Shown here piece by piece: positions 13,550 to 26,603 of a stretch of 64,000 nt of DNA. The notes beneath the pieces are model-generated. The model did not search any database. It worked only from the letters and a program-made list of their open reading frames with translations, and was not told the DNA's origin. Each line of letters starts with the position of its first letter. Position 1 is the first letter of the stretch. The stretch spans positions 12,710,001 through 12,774,000 of the forward strand of contig NC_092672.1 of NCBI RefSeq assembly GCF_964355755.1, given 5' to 3'. Both the position numbers and the translations under genes were made by a program. Source of the DNA: Antedon mediterranea (Eukaryota; Animalia; Echinodermata).

Positions 13550-14927
13550 GTACACTGTGTACATTAGGCATATTTTTCAAAAATGTTAAATTAAAGTAGT
13601 GAATTTTATTACCCGATTTGGATAGTTTGTTTAAGAATAGCAAAATTTGAAAAATTCTTAGTACGATAATATTGAAATTTCAGAAGATGTAGATTAATTC
13701 TTATATATAGACTTATGTAGTAGATAATAATGATAATAATCAAAATAAATAACATTCGCTGACGTTCGTTTATCGATAAATCAAATATTTCAATCAAAGC
13801 CAACAATTTGCCAAATTGTTATTCCTCGCTAAATCGTACGCTTCCCTCCCGTAGGCGTATGAATTCGAAATAAAAGATAAAGATGTATCATGTAATTAAA
13901 TTTAACCTATCATGTCGTGTTTTACCTGAATTTTCGATCTCTACGGTGTGTAAGGTAATTATAATAAACGAGAAGTATTTGGTCCAGCTATCAGGAAATT
14001 AACTTTCGAAAATGTGTTTTAATCGATGCTAAATTTCGTTTGCGGCTTAGCTCGAGCTTTGTGGCCGTGATAGTAATCTGAATTAAGTGGGACAAGTATC
14101 TAGATTATCGCACAAATATCCACGAAGTTATAATTTAATTTTATTACTGAATCTCTTTGATGAAAACAGGTTAACAATGGTAAACCGTTACACGTGTGAT
14201 TCATTCACAGCTAGATCAGAAACAATTTCTGTTAATAAATCGTATATAATATGTGATTGCATTCTGGTTTGTGTTGTTTCATTCTGATTTGCCACCATTT
14301 GTCTATTCTGCTGCATTACACCGTAGGGTGTAACAATACTGATTAATTTGAGTTAGTATGTGTGATCGAGAAAGCTGTACAATTTGATGGTTTAACCCGT
14401 ATAAATATATCATTATGATTATTCCGATTTAAATCTAACAATGCTGTGAAATCCTTTTACGCAAATAGTATATTTTATATGCCTATAAACTATAAACCTT
14501 GAAATTGTATTTACAATGTATTTTGAAATAAAAGTATTAACTTATTTAATTTTTGTTTTGAATGAATAAACAATAATGATATACTTGTATCGCATTGTTT
14601 TCTTTTTTTATAAAATTTATGTATGCCTAATAATGGTGTGTCATATGCAAATTGTAAAGAAAAAAAAACCAATAAATTATCAAAACAGATTATTTTGATG
14701 AATTTTGATTCAGTATGTTGTGCATTAATTATAATAGTTATTAACATTTCAATTGATTCTGAATCGTAATATATTGTTAGATACTATTATGGTTTATTCG
14801 CTTGTTTTAAAGAATAGGTGAACGAGTGTGGTGTTTGTGATCTGCGCTTTTTTGTTATCTACTAATGTTATAGGTAAAGTCAAGTGATATTTTGTGACTG
14901 TAACATTTCATATTTATTGAAAAAATA

Positions 14928-14995
14928 TCACTCCAACTGAGATTCAAATTTGGAATCGTCAGAATTATACGCAGACATCTTAGACCATATGGGCT
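14928..14995 (-). pseudogene. Decayed tRNA-like relic resembling the 58499-58570 module
   Basis: Reverse complement reads AGCCCATATGGTCTAA...TCTGCGTAT...TCTCAGTTGGAGTGA vs AGCCCCAGTGGTCTAA...TCTGCATAT...TCTCAGTTGGGGCGA. Confidence 0.45.
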
Positions 14996-15509
14996 GTAAT
15001 ACTTCAATTCAGATAGTACTGCAAATATTTAACACATTACCATGGTAGGAAATATTATCAATAGCACACTTTTATCCGATCCGTCATACAATCATAGAGG
15101 GCGCAATATTCTCAAATTTCATATAATTCAAGAAAACAAGAGGAATAAAATGTTTAAAATGTATTCTTTTTTCGATATCGTAATTGTTCAGATTGCATTA
15201 CTTTTGTATACACAATAATTTCTCAATTAATTGAACCTATTGTTTTCGTTTGCTTGTTTGTTTTTTTAAATGTAGTTTAATACAATATTGAATCACCTGA
15301 AATACAGTACCTTCAACTACCATATAGATACGTATGGCTCACACGTAGCTTACAACCTTGGCTTAAAACAAATTATAAGTGGAACTGTATAATTGTAAAT
15401 CTACCATGCTATTATTAATAAGTATTATTTACAAGATGTCCGCATATCAAGCAGCTCAGTTTTGCACTGTACTCTCGCTAGAAGATATCCCTAACCTCTA
15501 TAGGTTGTT

Positions 15510-15622
15510 ATTTTCAGTCGCGTGCAACGCGATTCTACAGCCCGGTCGGTTGGTCTGTCGGCCAGTGGGTCGGTAGACACTAACTAAAGCACGCGACTGC
15601 AGCCATGTATATGGCCTTGTTT
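15510..15622 (+). mobile_element. HINE/DINE-like element, family A
   Basis: TTTTCAGTCGCGTGCAACGCGATT...(GTCG)n...CACGCGACTGCAGCCATGTATATGGCCTTGTT, with a GCCAT/ATGGC hairpin. Confidence 0.75.
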
Positions 15623-17277
15623 TTTTCAAATTAGGCTACTCGGCGGTTAAAAATGTTTCAGTTATTTTTTTTAATGTATAATTATTGTTCAACTACTATG
15701 CAATGCATTATAATTTAGGAGATACCATTATCAACGTTGGAATAATGAACTGTGTTAATGAATGATTTGACTGCCTATAGGAAGATTGTATCACTTCGTC
15801 CATCCTTCTGCCTTAAAGGGTGTAACTAATACCACAGTATACAATGAATAACTAAGTTTCCATTCAATATTGAGTTTGATATAGTTCATTACCAGAATGC
15901 AGACGAATATACAATGTTTGCTCCGCGTAGTTATAATAAGCCTCGGGTTTGATACTTTAGAACAAAACAGGCGCTAATGAGTAAATGTGAGCTATTCACT
16001 GATGTATACTTAAGAGTGTCATACTGTGTTAGCCAGAGTCGCCTGTCGTATTGATAATCTCAGTGATTGATCGTCGTTGTCTGAGTTTAATCTTATTTCA
16101 GATCTGGCACAAGAAGACCAGCTGCAATAAGACCAATATCGATCAGTGATGCTTCCGCTCGACTAAGATTCAGCTGTACACGTTGTTGAAGCACCCCATA
16201 GAAATGTAAAGTGTCATGAATACAATTACAGGATTGACGTATGCTTCAATTAGCGTATCATTTCGTTATGGTATATTGTAATGAAAAATGACTTCATAAT
16301 TTAATGTAGGTCCTTAAATCATAAGTTATATAATCCAAAAGTACCATTGTGAGAAGTTCTGATTGATCTAAATACAGTAGCAGAAACTTATTGACATCGA
16401 TAATAAATTTAAACAAGAAATATTTCTTACAAAAAACGTCGCTTGACTTTTTGACTAACAATTTTAATCATTGTTCTTTCTTCAGATATAATGGTTTACT
16501 ATATCAATTATTTTTGTTTAACAATCAGTAGTCAACATTTCGTTTAAATATAGTCTGGCCTACTGTACAGAACAACAAAATAATCAGAAACTAAACTACG
16601 TAATGTGGACCTAATTTATAGGTCCATTGTAGGAGTTTTTGTTGTCAAAATTGGTCCGAGGGACTATTTATGGCTGCCAAAACCTGTCCGGCCGGACATT
16701 TTTTAGCCGGCCTGGATAAAATTGGTCCGGCCTGGATAAAATCGGTCCGGGCAGTAACACTGTTTTTGGCTGCCAAACATGGTCTGGTCTTCTTACAAAT
16801 ACATACTGCGCAAAATTAGTCATAATGTATCATTCAAAAAAGGCCATAATTAGCCATTATATTGAAAACAACGCAGTTTCATTATTATTTTTATTTTATA
16901 GAAATTAAGTCTGTTTTTTAATTATCATTATTAGTAGCTCATAAATAATTAGTACTATTTTTTTGGCTTTTTGTGTACAATATTTCTGTGTTTATTCCAC
17001 TTTGTACTTTTGTTTTAACATCTTCATTTCCCGATGATGTTAAAAACAATTCATTACTGATTTATGGTTAATCAATTAATAAATGAATTCAATACAATTA
17101 TTATAAAATAATTGAGGCTGGCATCACAAAAGGGGCGCAGAGTCGCAACCCGAACTTTTGAGATAGTTAGCCTTGAAGTTCAGAATGTGAAAACGGCCTA
17201 ACCTATCCTTTTTAAAATGTCAATAAAAAACGATATTATAAACACTTATATTTAACATATCAAAATCTGTTTCATAA

Positions 17278-17990
17278 AAAACAAGGCCAAAAAAATGGCT
17301 GCAGTCGCGTGCTTAGTGTTTACCGACCGACCGACCAACCTACCAACTGACCGAAATTACTGAACATGTTTAAAAATGTTGAAATGTTTAAAAACAGTTA
17401 TATTTTTTTAATTTACACGTGCGTAACCTGTCACTTTTGACGTGCTCGTATAACGTAATTTCGAGTTGAAAAGTAAGTCAAGAAAACAGAAATCGGGCAA
17501 AAAGAGTGCGCAGCAACATTTAACGCGCAGTGCGCGCGCAAAAATCTGCGCACTCATGGCAGTTTTGTAAACGCTTAAAATTGCCTGAAACGTACTCTTA
17601 TTTCGTCGAAAATAAATTTTGAAAATTGTAAGCGAACGTACGCATGCGTTACATGCGCTACGCACGTAATTTTATTGCCATATGATTTATGCCCTGAAAT
17701 TTATGAGTACCAAATTTTATTTAATTGTGATTCATGGTTGTGAAGATATGATTACAAACGTGATTTCGTTAAATCGTGCGTAGACCGCGTACATTTTTAT
17801 TGCGCACCGTGAAAACATAACCACATCGATTCCTGGCCATAAGGAATATACTGTGAAAAATTGACTTAGCTAGATTAAACTGATATCAAGATAAGGTCAG
17901 AAAGCGATAAAACGCATAGTGATACCGGACCGACAGACCGACAGACCGACCGACATAGTGAACTATAGAGTCGCTTCCACGCGACTAAAA
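17278..17990 (-). mobile_element. HINE/DINE-like family A element(s), possibly two joined copies with a GC-richer internal region
   Basis: AACAAGGCC..GGCTGCAGTCGCGTG at the left, (GACCGACA)n and GAGTCGCTTCCACGCGACTAAAAA at the right. Confidence 0.7.
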
Positions 17991-18689
17991 ATATTACAAG
18001 TATGTGTATTTTGCAATTATTTAAGTCGTTTCCATTGAAAATCATTAGGAAATTGTATTTTTGTTCACTCAAAAATCAACTTTCTTTACGGCGCTTTTGT
18101 AAACAAACCACTAACCCAAACACGTCATGTTTGGTACCTATCTGTTCAAAAAGTATATTAGCTACCCTATTTTTTACCAACCTAAGGTTTTTTTTTAATC
18201 TAGCCAATGGAAATTAGTTGTATTAAGGTGTTAGGTTGCTGACAATTTTAACAAGAATTTGTGAATCCTTGACTGTGATTGGCTATAGAGATAAATTACG
18301 CTTTCTGATTGGCGAATTTGGATGGTTTTTGTTTACGATGAAAAAGCATGGCTTCCATCGTAGTTTCTCGAATGAACGTTTCAACATTTTGTGAATATTT
18401 ATATATATATATATTTATAAATAACATAAAATATAATATTATGTGTCACACAGTGATATATTTTCGACTAGTTTGCTGTTATTGAGAAGAAAATAGCGAG
18501 TTTTGACAGAGAGTCGACATTCTATTCATCGTAACATTTACCATACTGAAATTCTACACATTTTAAAGAATGTCAATTGGCCATTTTATATAACGTTTCA
18601 CTCATTTGAATAGCATACTGTCCATTTAAAATAATACTCTTACACATTTGAAATAACGTGCTACACATTGATTCTATTATATGTATACG

Positions 18690-19880
18690 TTTTTAGTCGC
18701 GTGGACGCGACTCAATAGTTCACTATGTCGGTCTGTCGGTCTGTCGGTCTGTCGGTCTGTCTGTCGGTCCGGTATCACTTAGACTTGCTCCAAATCTGTA
18801 TTTATTGTCTTTTTTTTATTTATTTGTTTTTATTTCGACCGCGATTTTTGTCTGAAAATACAGACTTGTGAAACACGTATAGAAATCGATTTGCAAACCG
18901 CAAACATCCGATAAGAATGACGTAGGTTATCATACCGTATTTGGCTATATGGGGCGGGCGGTATGTAAATATGGATTTCGAATCAACCAATGATCATTTT
19001 GTTTCAAAATGAAAAAGATCGAGTACGTACGTACAGTGTGCTGAATGTACGATCGAGACTGAACAACTGTTGAAATATAAAATCGTGTTGCCAAGTTGTT
19101 TTGTTTATTAATTGTTCTGGCCTAGGCCTCCTTCGTAGGCGGGTTCGTAGGGCTACTCAACTCGTACGTCCAAATAAAACGCCAATAAGGTACATACCAC
19201 AACCGAACCGACCGGCACACAACAGGGCTACACCACCACACAGAACAGGACAGGGTCTGGGTGGGAATTAAATCAAATTTTCTCCGCATAATAAATGATC
19301 CATTCAATGTTTGATTTGGCGGAGAAGCTAGCCTGTCATATCACGACGAGTTTTCATGTTCTTGGGAAAAATCTCATCAAATGTTTACCAGACTTATACT
19401 AGGCATATAAAATCATTTTTAGCCTTCAGAAACTTTCATCAATGTACCCACCAACAAGTACACATTGTCTAAACGTAACATAGCGCATGCGCATCGTCTT
19501 AGACGTTGAGTCTTTGAAATTCTGAAATATGAATATTAAAACGACGTACGAGTGAGTAGCCAATGGCATGCGGCTGAAACTAGTCAACTGGATAATTTAT
19601 GCACCAAGAATTCTTGGTGTCAAACCACGTGACTTATGCGTGTTTCCCCAGACGGAGTATCCAAACTCAAGTAATACACGTATGAAACGCCATATGTGCA
19701 AAAATATTTATATTTTTACAAAACTCCGTCTGGAGCCCAGACTAGGTATCACTATGCGTTTTATCGCTTTTCTGTACTTTTTGAACTGTTTTGATGTACA
19801 GAAAAGTTTTAAAGTACATTACTTTTTGAAAGTTCTTTTTTTTTCTGAGACCACGCGACTTATGGCTGTTGGCCTTGTTT
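18690..19880 (+). mobile_element. HINE/DINE-like family A element interrupted by a nested insertion
   Basis: TTTTAGTCGCGTGGACGCGACTC..(GTCGGTCT)n..GGTATCACT [insert] GGTATCACTATGCGTTTTATCGC...CACGCGACTTATGGCTGTTGGCCTTGTT. The uninterrupted junction is present in the 17.9-kb copy. Confidence 0.75.
18780..19744. mobile_element. Non-autonomous DNA transposon with TAG...CTA ends and 9-bp TSD (AcademH-like)
   Basis: GGTATCACT duplicated at 18771-18779 and 19745-19753. Imperfect TIRs TAGACTTGCTCCA / TGGAGCCCAGACTA. Confidence 0.7.
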
Positions 19881-19989
19881 TTCTATGTTTATGATTGTTG
19901 TATTGATGTTATTGGACGCAATTAAATGTTGTACTGCAATGTCGTTTTTAAAATAAACTAGAATAAAAATATTATATAATACTATATTT

Positions 19990-20518
19990 TGTCACGAACT
20001 CCCTTTACGTATGTTTCCGAGCGGTTGAAAATACTTTAGGAACTTCCTTGTGACATAAAAATGTACACAAAAAATTCACAAAGTTGTAAAATTAACTCTA
20101 AACAAAGCTTTAATTTCAATCAACTTTAACTTTCAACAATCCAGTAAGCACTTTCAACAATCCAGTAAGCACTTCAAACAACAGCTTCACAATAACTTTT
20201 ACAATCGAATATCCAACCTCTAATATCCAACCTTCTTCAAAATAAATGCCTCAATAGAAAAAATCCTTCTCCCTCCTTACAATTGTCATACTTCCCCTTA
20301 TATACAATATGTTCATAAAACCTTCTAGATCATTCCTTATACTTCTTATAATATTGGATTACAGTTTCTATTAATAGCACTTCTGGAATATTCTTGATTG
20401 TTCTTATAATAATTAAACATGGTTTTTTTATAAATATAAACATACTCTTATTCTAGAATGTTCATGTAGACACTATTATATGATACTGTATATCATTAAG
20501 GAATGGTAATTTATTACA
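19990..20518 (-). mobile_element. Possible solo-LTR-like repeat
   Basis: The minus strand would run TGTAAT...CGTGACA, with a TATA-like GTATATAAGGG and a downstream ATTAAA. No matching TSD found. Confidence 0.3.
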
Positions 20519-20519
20519 G

Positions 20520-21195
20520 TTCTACATATATTTAAATAACAGGCTATCCATATTAAGTAACGTTCTACATATATTTGAATAACAGGCTATCCATATTAAA
20601 TAACGTTCTACATATATTTGAATAACAGGCTATCCATACCGTATTAAATAACGTTATGCATAGGCCTATATCTTAATAGCGTGCTATTCGTTTTAAATAA
20701 CGTTCTGCATATTTGAATAATTGCTATCTAATTTAATCAACCTCCTATCCATTTCGAATAACGTACAATCAATTTTAAATAACGTTCTGAACATTTAAAA
20801 CAACGTGCTATTAGTTTGAAATAACGTTCTACACATTTGATATTACGTGCTACACATTTGATATTACGTGCTACACATTTAAATAACGTTCTACACATTT
20901 GATATTACGTGCTACACATTTAAATAACGTTCTACACATTTGATATTACGTGCTAAACATTTGATATTACGTGCTACACATTTAAATATCGTTCTACACA
21001 TTTTATATTACGTGCTAAATATTTGATATTACGTGCTACACATTTAAATAACGTACTGTCCATTTGAAATAACGTGCTACACATTTAAGATAACATTCTG
21101 AATTATATTTTCTATGCTATGTTATGAATTTGAAATAACGTTTTTTAACGAATAACATTCTATCAATATGACACCCATTCAAAATGCTACCCATA
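20520..21195 (+). repeat. ~19-20-bp tandem array (ATAACGTTCTACACATTT / ATTACGTGCTACACATTT) ending near a CCATA (TATGG-type) terminus
   Basis: Visible tandem units at 20520-21100, including a ~39-bp sub-period at 20520-20640. Related units at 18550-18670. Confidence 0.8.
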
Positions 21196-21710
21196 GTAAT
21201 CACCATTTTGTAAGTTAAAATAAAAATGGCATAATGCCAAAATGTTTTAAACATTAAAATAAAATGTGAGGTTATTTTGCTTTGAAATTGAAATAATGCC
21301 AAAATTACCGAATTGTAATAATGGTGTCGACAGATTGCAAATATTCATTATTCAGTGTTTTACTTTCCAGTTAAGAACCCCGGAGCATTGATGTATTGCA
21401 TTCCTATTCTGTTCGTTATTATACTGGATTACCTGCAAGCTAGCAATATGAAATTAATTAGGTATACAGTAATATGATCATTTTTCGGGTGCAAAGAACG
21501 CAAATTCTTACGATTTACATCACTGACAGCATAATCTATTGGGTTTGTTTATATTATATTATTAAATAATACTGCTATTGTTGCAAAATGACTGTATCAT
21601 GACACGTAAATATAATGACTATAACTTGGCAAAATGCGTATTTGTCTCGCGCTATTTCTGAAAAAATTATTTATGTAGTAACAGCTTTCTAAAAATAACA
21701 ACAAATATAC

Positions 21711-22452
21711 GGGTGTCTAGAAAACTCAGATATCTGACTTTTCTAGATCTAGAAAACTCAGATATCTGACTTTTCTAGATCTAGAAAACTCAAATATCAA
21801 GATCTGACTTTTCTAGTTCCAGAATGGAACTAGAAAACCGAGATCATCTGTCAATTGGATCGTTCCACTATTTATCAAAGGGTAGCTTGTTTGAAATAGG
21901 CCTACTACAGTTATTATATGTTTTCTTACTAATAGTAATTATTGTAACTTGCAGTAGCAGTCTACGACTTAAATCATAAAGAAATACAGTATATAAACCT
22001 TTTAAAATGTAGGCTTAACATTTAGGCCTAGCTTAGCTAAGCAGACTCAATTCAAGGCTCAACAACGTTATGGCGATGTATTGCGAAGAGTAGGCGTGGC
22101 CCTACTAGGCTAGAACTTGACTCGTACCAAATATAACTCGTACCTATTTCCAACTTGGCTAACTCGTACCTCAACCAACTCGTACCCACACTAATTCATA
22201 CATACCTAATTTTAAGCCTACATATAACTGTAACGTGCACTGTTTTTTTCTTTATGATTTAAGACCTAGGCTGCTTCTACATGTTAAAATAATATTAGTA
22301 AGCAAACGTACACAGTAATCAGTTTTATAATACTCTAATATTTCAAATGACCTACCTTCTGATTAATAATGAAATGATCCAAATGACCTACCAACCAATC
22401 ATCTGATGATTTGATATTGATATCTGAGTTTTATAGTTCCATAATGGAACCC
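21711..22452. mobile_element. MITE with palindromic subterminal repeats (MULE-like, 8/9-bp TSD)
   Basis: GGGTGTCTAGAAAACTCAGATATC ... GATATCTGAGTTTTATAGTTCCATAATGGAACCC. Flanks CAAATATAC (21702) and CAAATATAA (22453). Confidence 0.6.
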
Positions 22453-22834
22453 CAAATATAACTATCGTCTAACTAGCCTACCATGTTTATCTTATATTAT
22501 GATAATGTTATCAACAGAAGTGCTGTCTGTAATGAGACATTCTGCATGTCACCGTATCATCGCATTAAACATTGTTTTTATACTATGCAACTCGAAACTT
22601 TATAACCTTTTGATAAAGATTTAAATAGAAGATATTTGTAGTTGACAATTTGCCACTAATAATAGACTATAATTCCGAGAGAGGGCGAGCTACATACAAT
22701 AGTTTTGACAGCGCCATACATAAGTATTACGACATTGTAAGATTAGAAGCCGTTTGACACAAAATGAAGGAGTTGTTCGCCGCCAACGGTTGACAAATTT
22801 CAGTAATGCATTTCATTTGTGAACATTTTCCATT

Positions 22835-23027
22835 GGGAGTTTTCGATTTGCGACGACCGATGACAAAATACGTCATGCTAGTTCATTCTACGCATGCGGG
22901 GAAATTGGGACGTTTGTCCTCGATACTCCTTGACACAATTTTGTTTGTTTCTAGGTCCAATTGACCGACGATACAGCGATTGATCTAACCAAGGTTGGTC
23001 ATCGGTCCGTGCAAATCGAAAGCTTGC
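22835..23027. mobile_element. Small MITE with ~28-bp imperfect TIRs
   Basis: GAGTTTTCGATTTGCGACGACCGATGAC vs GTCATCGGTCCGTGCAAATCGAAAGCTT. Confidence 0.55.
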
Positions 23028-23566
23028 TATTATTTGCTACCTTACTTTCACCAAACATTTTATCCACCATCATTCATTTCAGCATAATCAGGTAGGCCTA
23101 TAAGTCACGTGGGTAGATTTGTATAGACATCAAAAACAACAAAAGGCTGTTAAACCGTAACAATTTATTTTATTCTAGTTATGTCTCCTTTATGGTTTAA
23201 AGAAGGATTTATATTATAAGAGTATATATATTTCTATTTTAGAGACAATGTTTGTAAATTAGCATGTACATGCGAAAATAAATCAAACAAGTATGTCAAA
23301 GATGGCGCCAACATTCTTTTTTTAATAATAAAGAAAAAGATGAGCAAATAATAAAATAATTGTTTCTTATCGTGTAATTAGTATTCTGTACTGCATATTT
23401 GTAGACAATCGAATGATATCATTATTCTGGATGATTCATACACAACAGTAAAATATTTCATTCAATACTAATCTTGGTGCCAACTAATCGAGGGAATAAA
23501 AAAGAATGCAAAGAAGGACACATTGCAGAACAACTTCACTTTATAAAGATTCTAATTTTGCTCCCA

Positions 23567-24012
23567 TTGTCTTGAATCTTCGATTTCTCCGCTTAGTTTG
23601 ATCGTTGTTACTTGATCAGCAGATTACTAATTTGTGAAACGTTCATTGGCCTCTTCGTTGCCAACTTTGCTGGCCCTTTACAGAGCATCCCATTCCATTT
23701 GTTATGTTCTCTTTTTATGTTGTCTTGAATCTATTTCTCCGCTTAGTTTGATCGTTGTTACTTGGTCAGAAGATTACTAATTTGTGAAAAGTTCATTGGC
23801 CTCTTCGTTGCCAACTTTGCTGGCCCCCTTTACAGAGCATCCCATTCCATTTGTTATGTTCTCTTTTTATGTTGTCTTGAATCTATTTCTCCGCTTAGTT
23901 TGATCGTTGTTACTTGGTCAGCAGATTACTAATTTGTGAAACGTTCATTAGCCTCTTCGTTGCCAACTTTGCTGGCCCTTTACAGAGCATCCCATTCCAT
24001 TTTTTATGTTCT
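23567..24012. repeat. Tandem triplication of a ~152-bp unit
   Basis: TTGTCTTGAATCT..ATTTCTCCGCTTAGTTTGATCG...CCCATTCCATTT starts at ~23567, 23720 and 23872. Confidence 0.92.
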
Positions 24013-24837
24013 CTGTTTACGTGCATGTGGCAACGATGGCTTGCCATTCATATTAAAAAGGTTTATTACCAATATCGGTGTATTTATTATTTACTGTTTT
24101 TTTATCGGGTTCACATGTGTCAAACTGTTTATTTATATTTTTACATCTTTAGATGGAACATTTCTCATGCAAACAAACTCGAATTGAATCTTGAAACTAT
24201 TACCTCGAAATAGTATGAATGATTATCGAAATGCAGCCAAAACACTTGTTCTTTGTCTTCATCAAGGTACATTTAGGTTCTCCATCATGCACATAATACA
24301 TAATTTATTAACTAATACATATATGAAATTTAACACAAAAATCCTAAAAGGATGACAAAAATAAAATGTACATATACAGAGAGCAACATAATGTTACAGA
24401 ATACACAATTGAAATATTAGTTAAAGTATAAATGATTCATATTTATTTGTGCGTTTTTATTAACCAGCAACGTAGAGGGCGTACAACAAAATCAATTCGT
24501 TCTGTGACTAGACATTTATTAAAAAGGTTTTCAAATTAACAACAACAATGTTATGTAATTGCAGAAATGCATTATGTTCAGTAACATAGAGATCACATAC
24601 CCTGTACACGTAGGCTTGGTTGGAGGTTTCTGAGTTAGCCAGGCTATGGTTAGCAACGTTCAAAAGGATAGACTATATCAAAAGAGTCTTACGAGGATGC
24701 TTATTTTTTTATGAACTAGAAAAATCAAAGTGATTTCACAGTCTAAACATACCATATTGTTTACCACCTCGATTTGAAATCTATCTAATGTTTGCGTTAA
24801 AGATATTATAATTATAATAATAAGAACATTGATGATC

Positions 24838-24970
24838 AAAAATCGTGCAAACGCGACACTACAGCTCAATATTTCGGTCGGTTGGTTGGTTTGTTGGTCG
24901 GTTTGTTGGTCGGTAAACATTACCCCAAATTTGAGCATGCGTATGTTACCATGTATATGGCCTTGTTTTT
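24838..24970 (+). mobile_element. HINE/DINE-like family A element (decayed)
   Basis: (GGTC/GGTT)n core and CCATGTATATGGCCTTGTTTTTT end. Confidence 0.65.
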
Positions 24971-25654
24971 TATGAAACACGTATGGCAACATACTCCGAT
25001 AATGCAGATAGTAAACAGCGTAATTATTCTTTGACCTTACCAGTTACCCATTATCTATCATTATTAGTAATGTTGAGAAGAATATGATTTTAAATGTTTC
25101 CCGAGAGATGACTATCGGTGGTGATGAAAATAGCATTAAGAAATGTATAATGTAGAAATATGTTGATTGGTACAACAAAATCAATTCATTCTGTATGATA
25201 CGACAATGTTAATAGAAAAAATGTGTTATTAATGAGATGTTTAGAGAAAATATATAGCACATATGTAAAGAAAAAAGTGGGACAAACCAACGTAAGACAA
25301 AAGAAGTCACTGGAGGGCAGCGCCAAAAGCTGAACTGGATGGAATTAAAATACACAACTCTAAACTAGATGGAATATGTAATTTATTGAATGACGCAAAA
25401 GGTTATGAATAAAAACGAATGGGGCAGCAACATCATATTCACATTACAAATTGAGACACAGTATTTGTATTACAAGCTAAATTGGGCTGCCCAAAACACA
25501 TAACTATATAATCGAAACAGTTAGAATCTTAATGAATAAGAAAGTAAAAAACGCGCAGACAGAAAAACCAAAAATGTATAGTAGGGGTGGAGGTAGGATG
25601 AAAATAATCCGACTACTCCGGACCGGAGAAGACAGAATTGGAAATCTGAAACTG

Positions 25655-26603
25655 AAATTGATGCCCCTTGCTATCAAAGCGCGCAATGGGAGTAACCTAA
25701 GTTGATGCTCCTCGCTATCCCAACATGCAAACGGAGTAACCTAATTTGATGCTCCTTGCTATCCCAACATGTAAAGGGAACAACATGATGTGATACACCT
25801 CGCTATCCTAACATGCAAAGGGAGTAACCTAATTTGATGCTCCTCGCTATCCAAACATGCAAAGGGAGAGTAACCTAATTTGATGCCCCTCGCTAGCCAA
25901 ACATGCAAAGGGAGTATCATGATGTGATGCCCCTCACTATCCCAACATGTAAAATGAGTAACCTAAGTTGATGCCCCTCGCTATCCAAACATGTAAAGGG
26001 AGTAACTGTATGCCCCTCGCTATCCCAACATGCAAAGGGAGTATCATGATGTGATGCCCCTCACTATCCCAACATGCAAAAGGAGTAACCTAAGTTGATG
26101 CCCCTCGCTATCCCAACATGCAAAGGGAGTAACCTAATTTAATGCCCCTCGCTATCCCAACATGTAAAGGGAGTAACCTAATTTGATGCCCCTCGCTATC
26201 CCAACATGCAAAAAGAGTAACCTAATTTGATGCCCCCCGCTATCCCAACATGCAAAGGGAATAACATGATGACCCTCGCTATCCCAACATGCAAAGGGAG
26301 AAACCTAATTTGATGCCCCTCGCTATCCAAACATGCAAAGGGAGAGTAACCTAATGTGATGCCTCTCGCTATCCCAACATGCAAAGGGAGTAACATAAGT
26401 TGATGTCTCTCGCTATCCCAACATGCAAAGGGAGTATCATGATGTGATGCCTCTCGCTATCCCAACATGCAAAGGGAATAACATGATGTGATGCTCATCG
26501 CTATTCCAACATGCAAAGGGAGTAACATAAGTTGATGCCTCTAAGCTATCCCTAAATGCAAAGGGAGTAACCTAATTTGATGCCCCTCGCTATTCCAACA
26601 TGC
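25655..26603. repeat. 44-bp minisatellite, ~21 units
   Basis: Unit GGGAGTAACCTAATTTGATGCCCCTCGCTATCCCAACATGCAAA, with variant units GGGAGTATCATGATGTGATGC. Confidence 0.95.

Noticed and set aside
16600-16790. GGTCCG/GGACC-rich short repeats
   Set aside because: Likely a subterminal fragment of a DNA transposon, but no paired termini or TSD could be identified.
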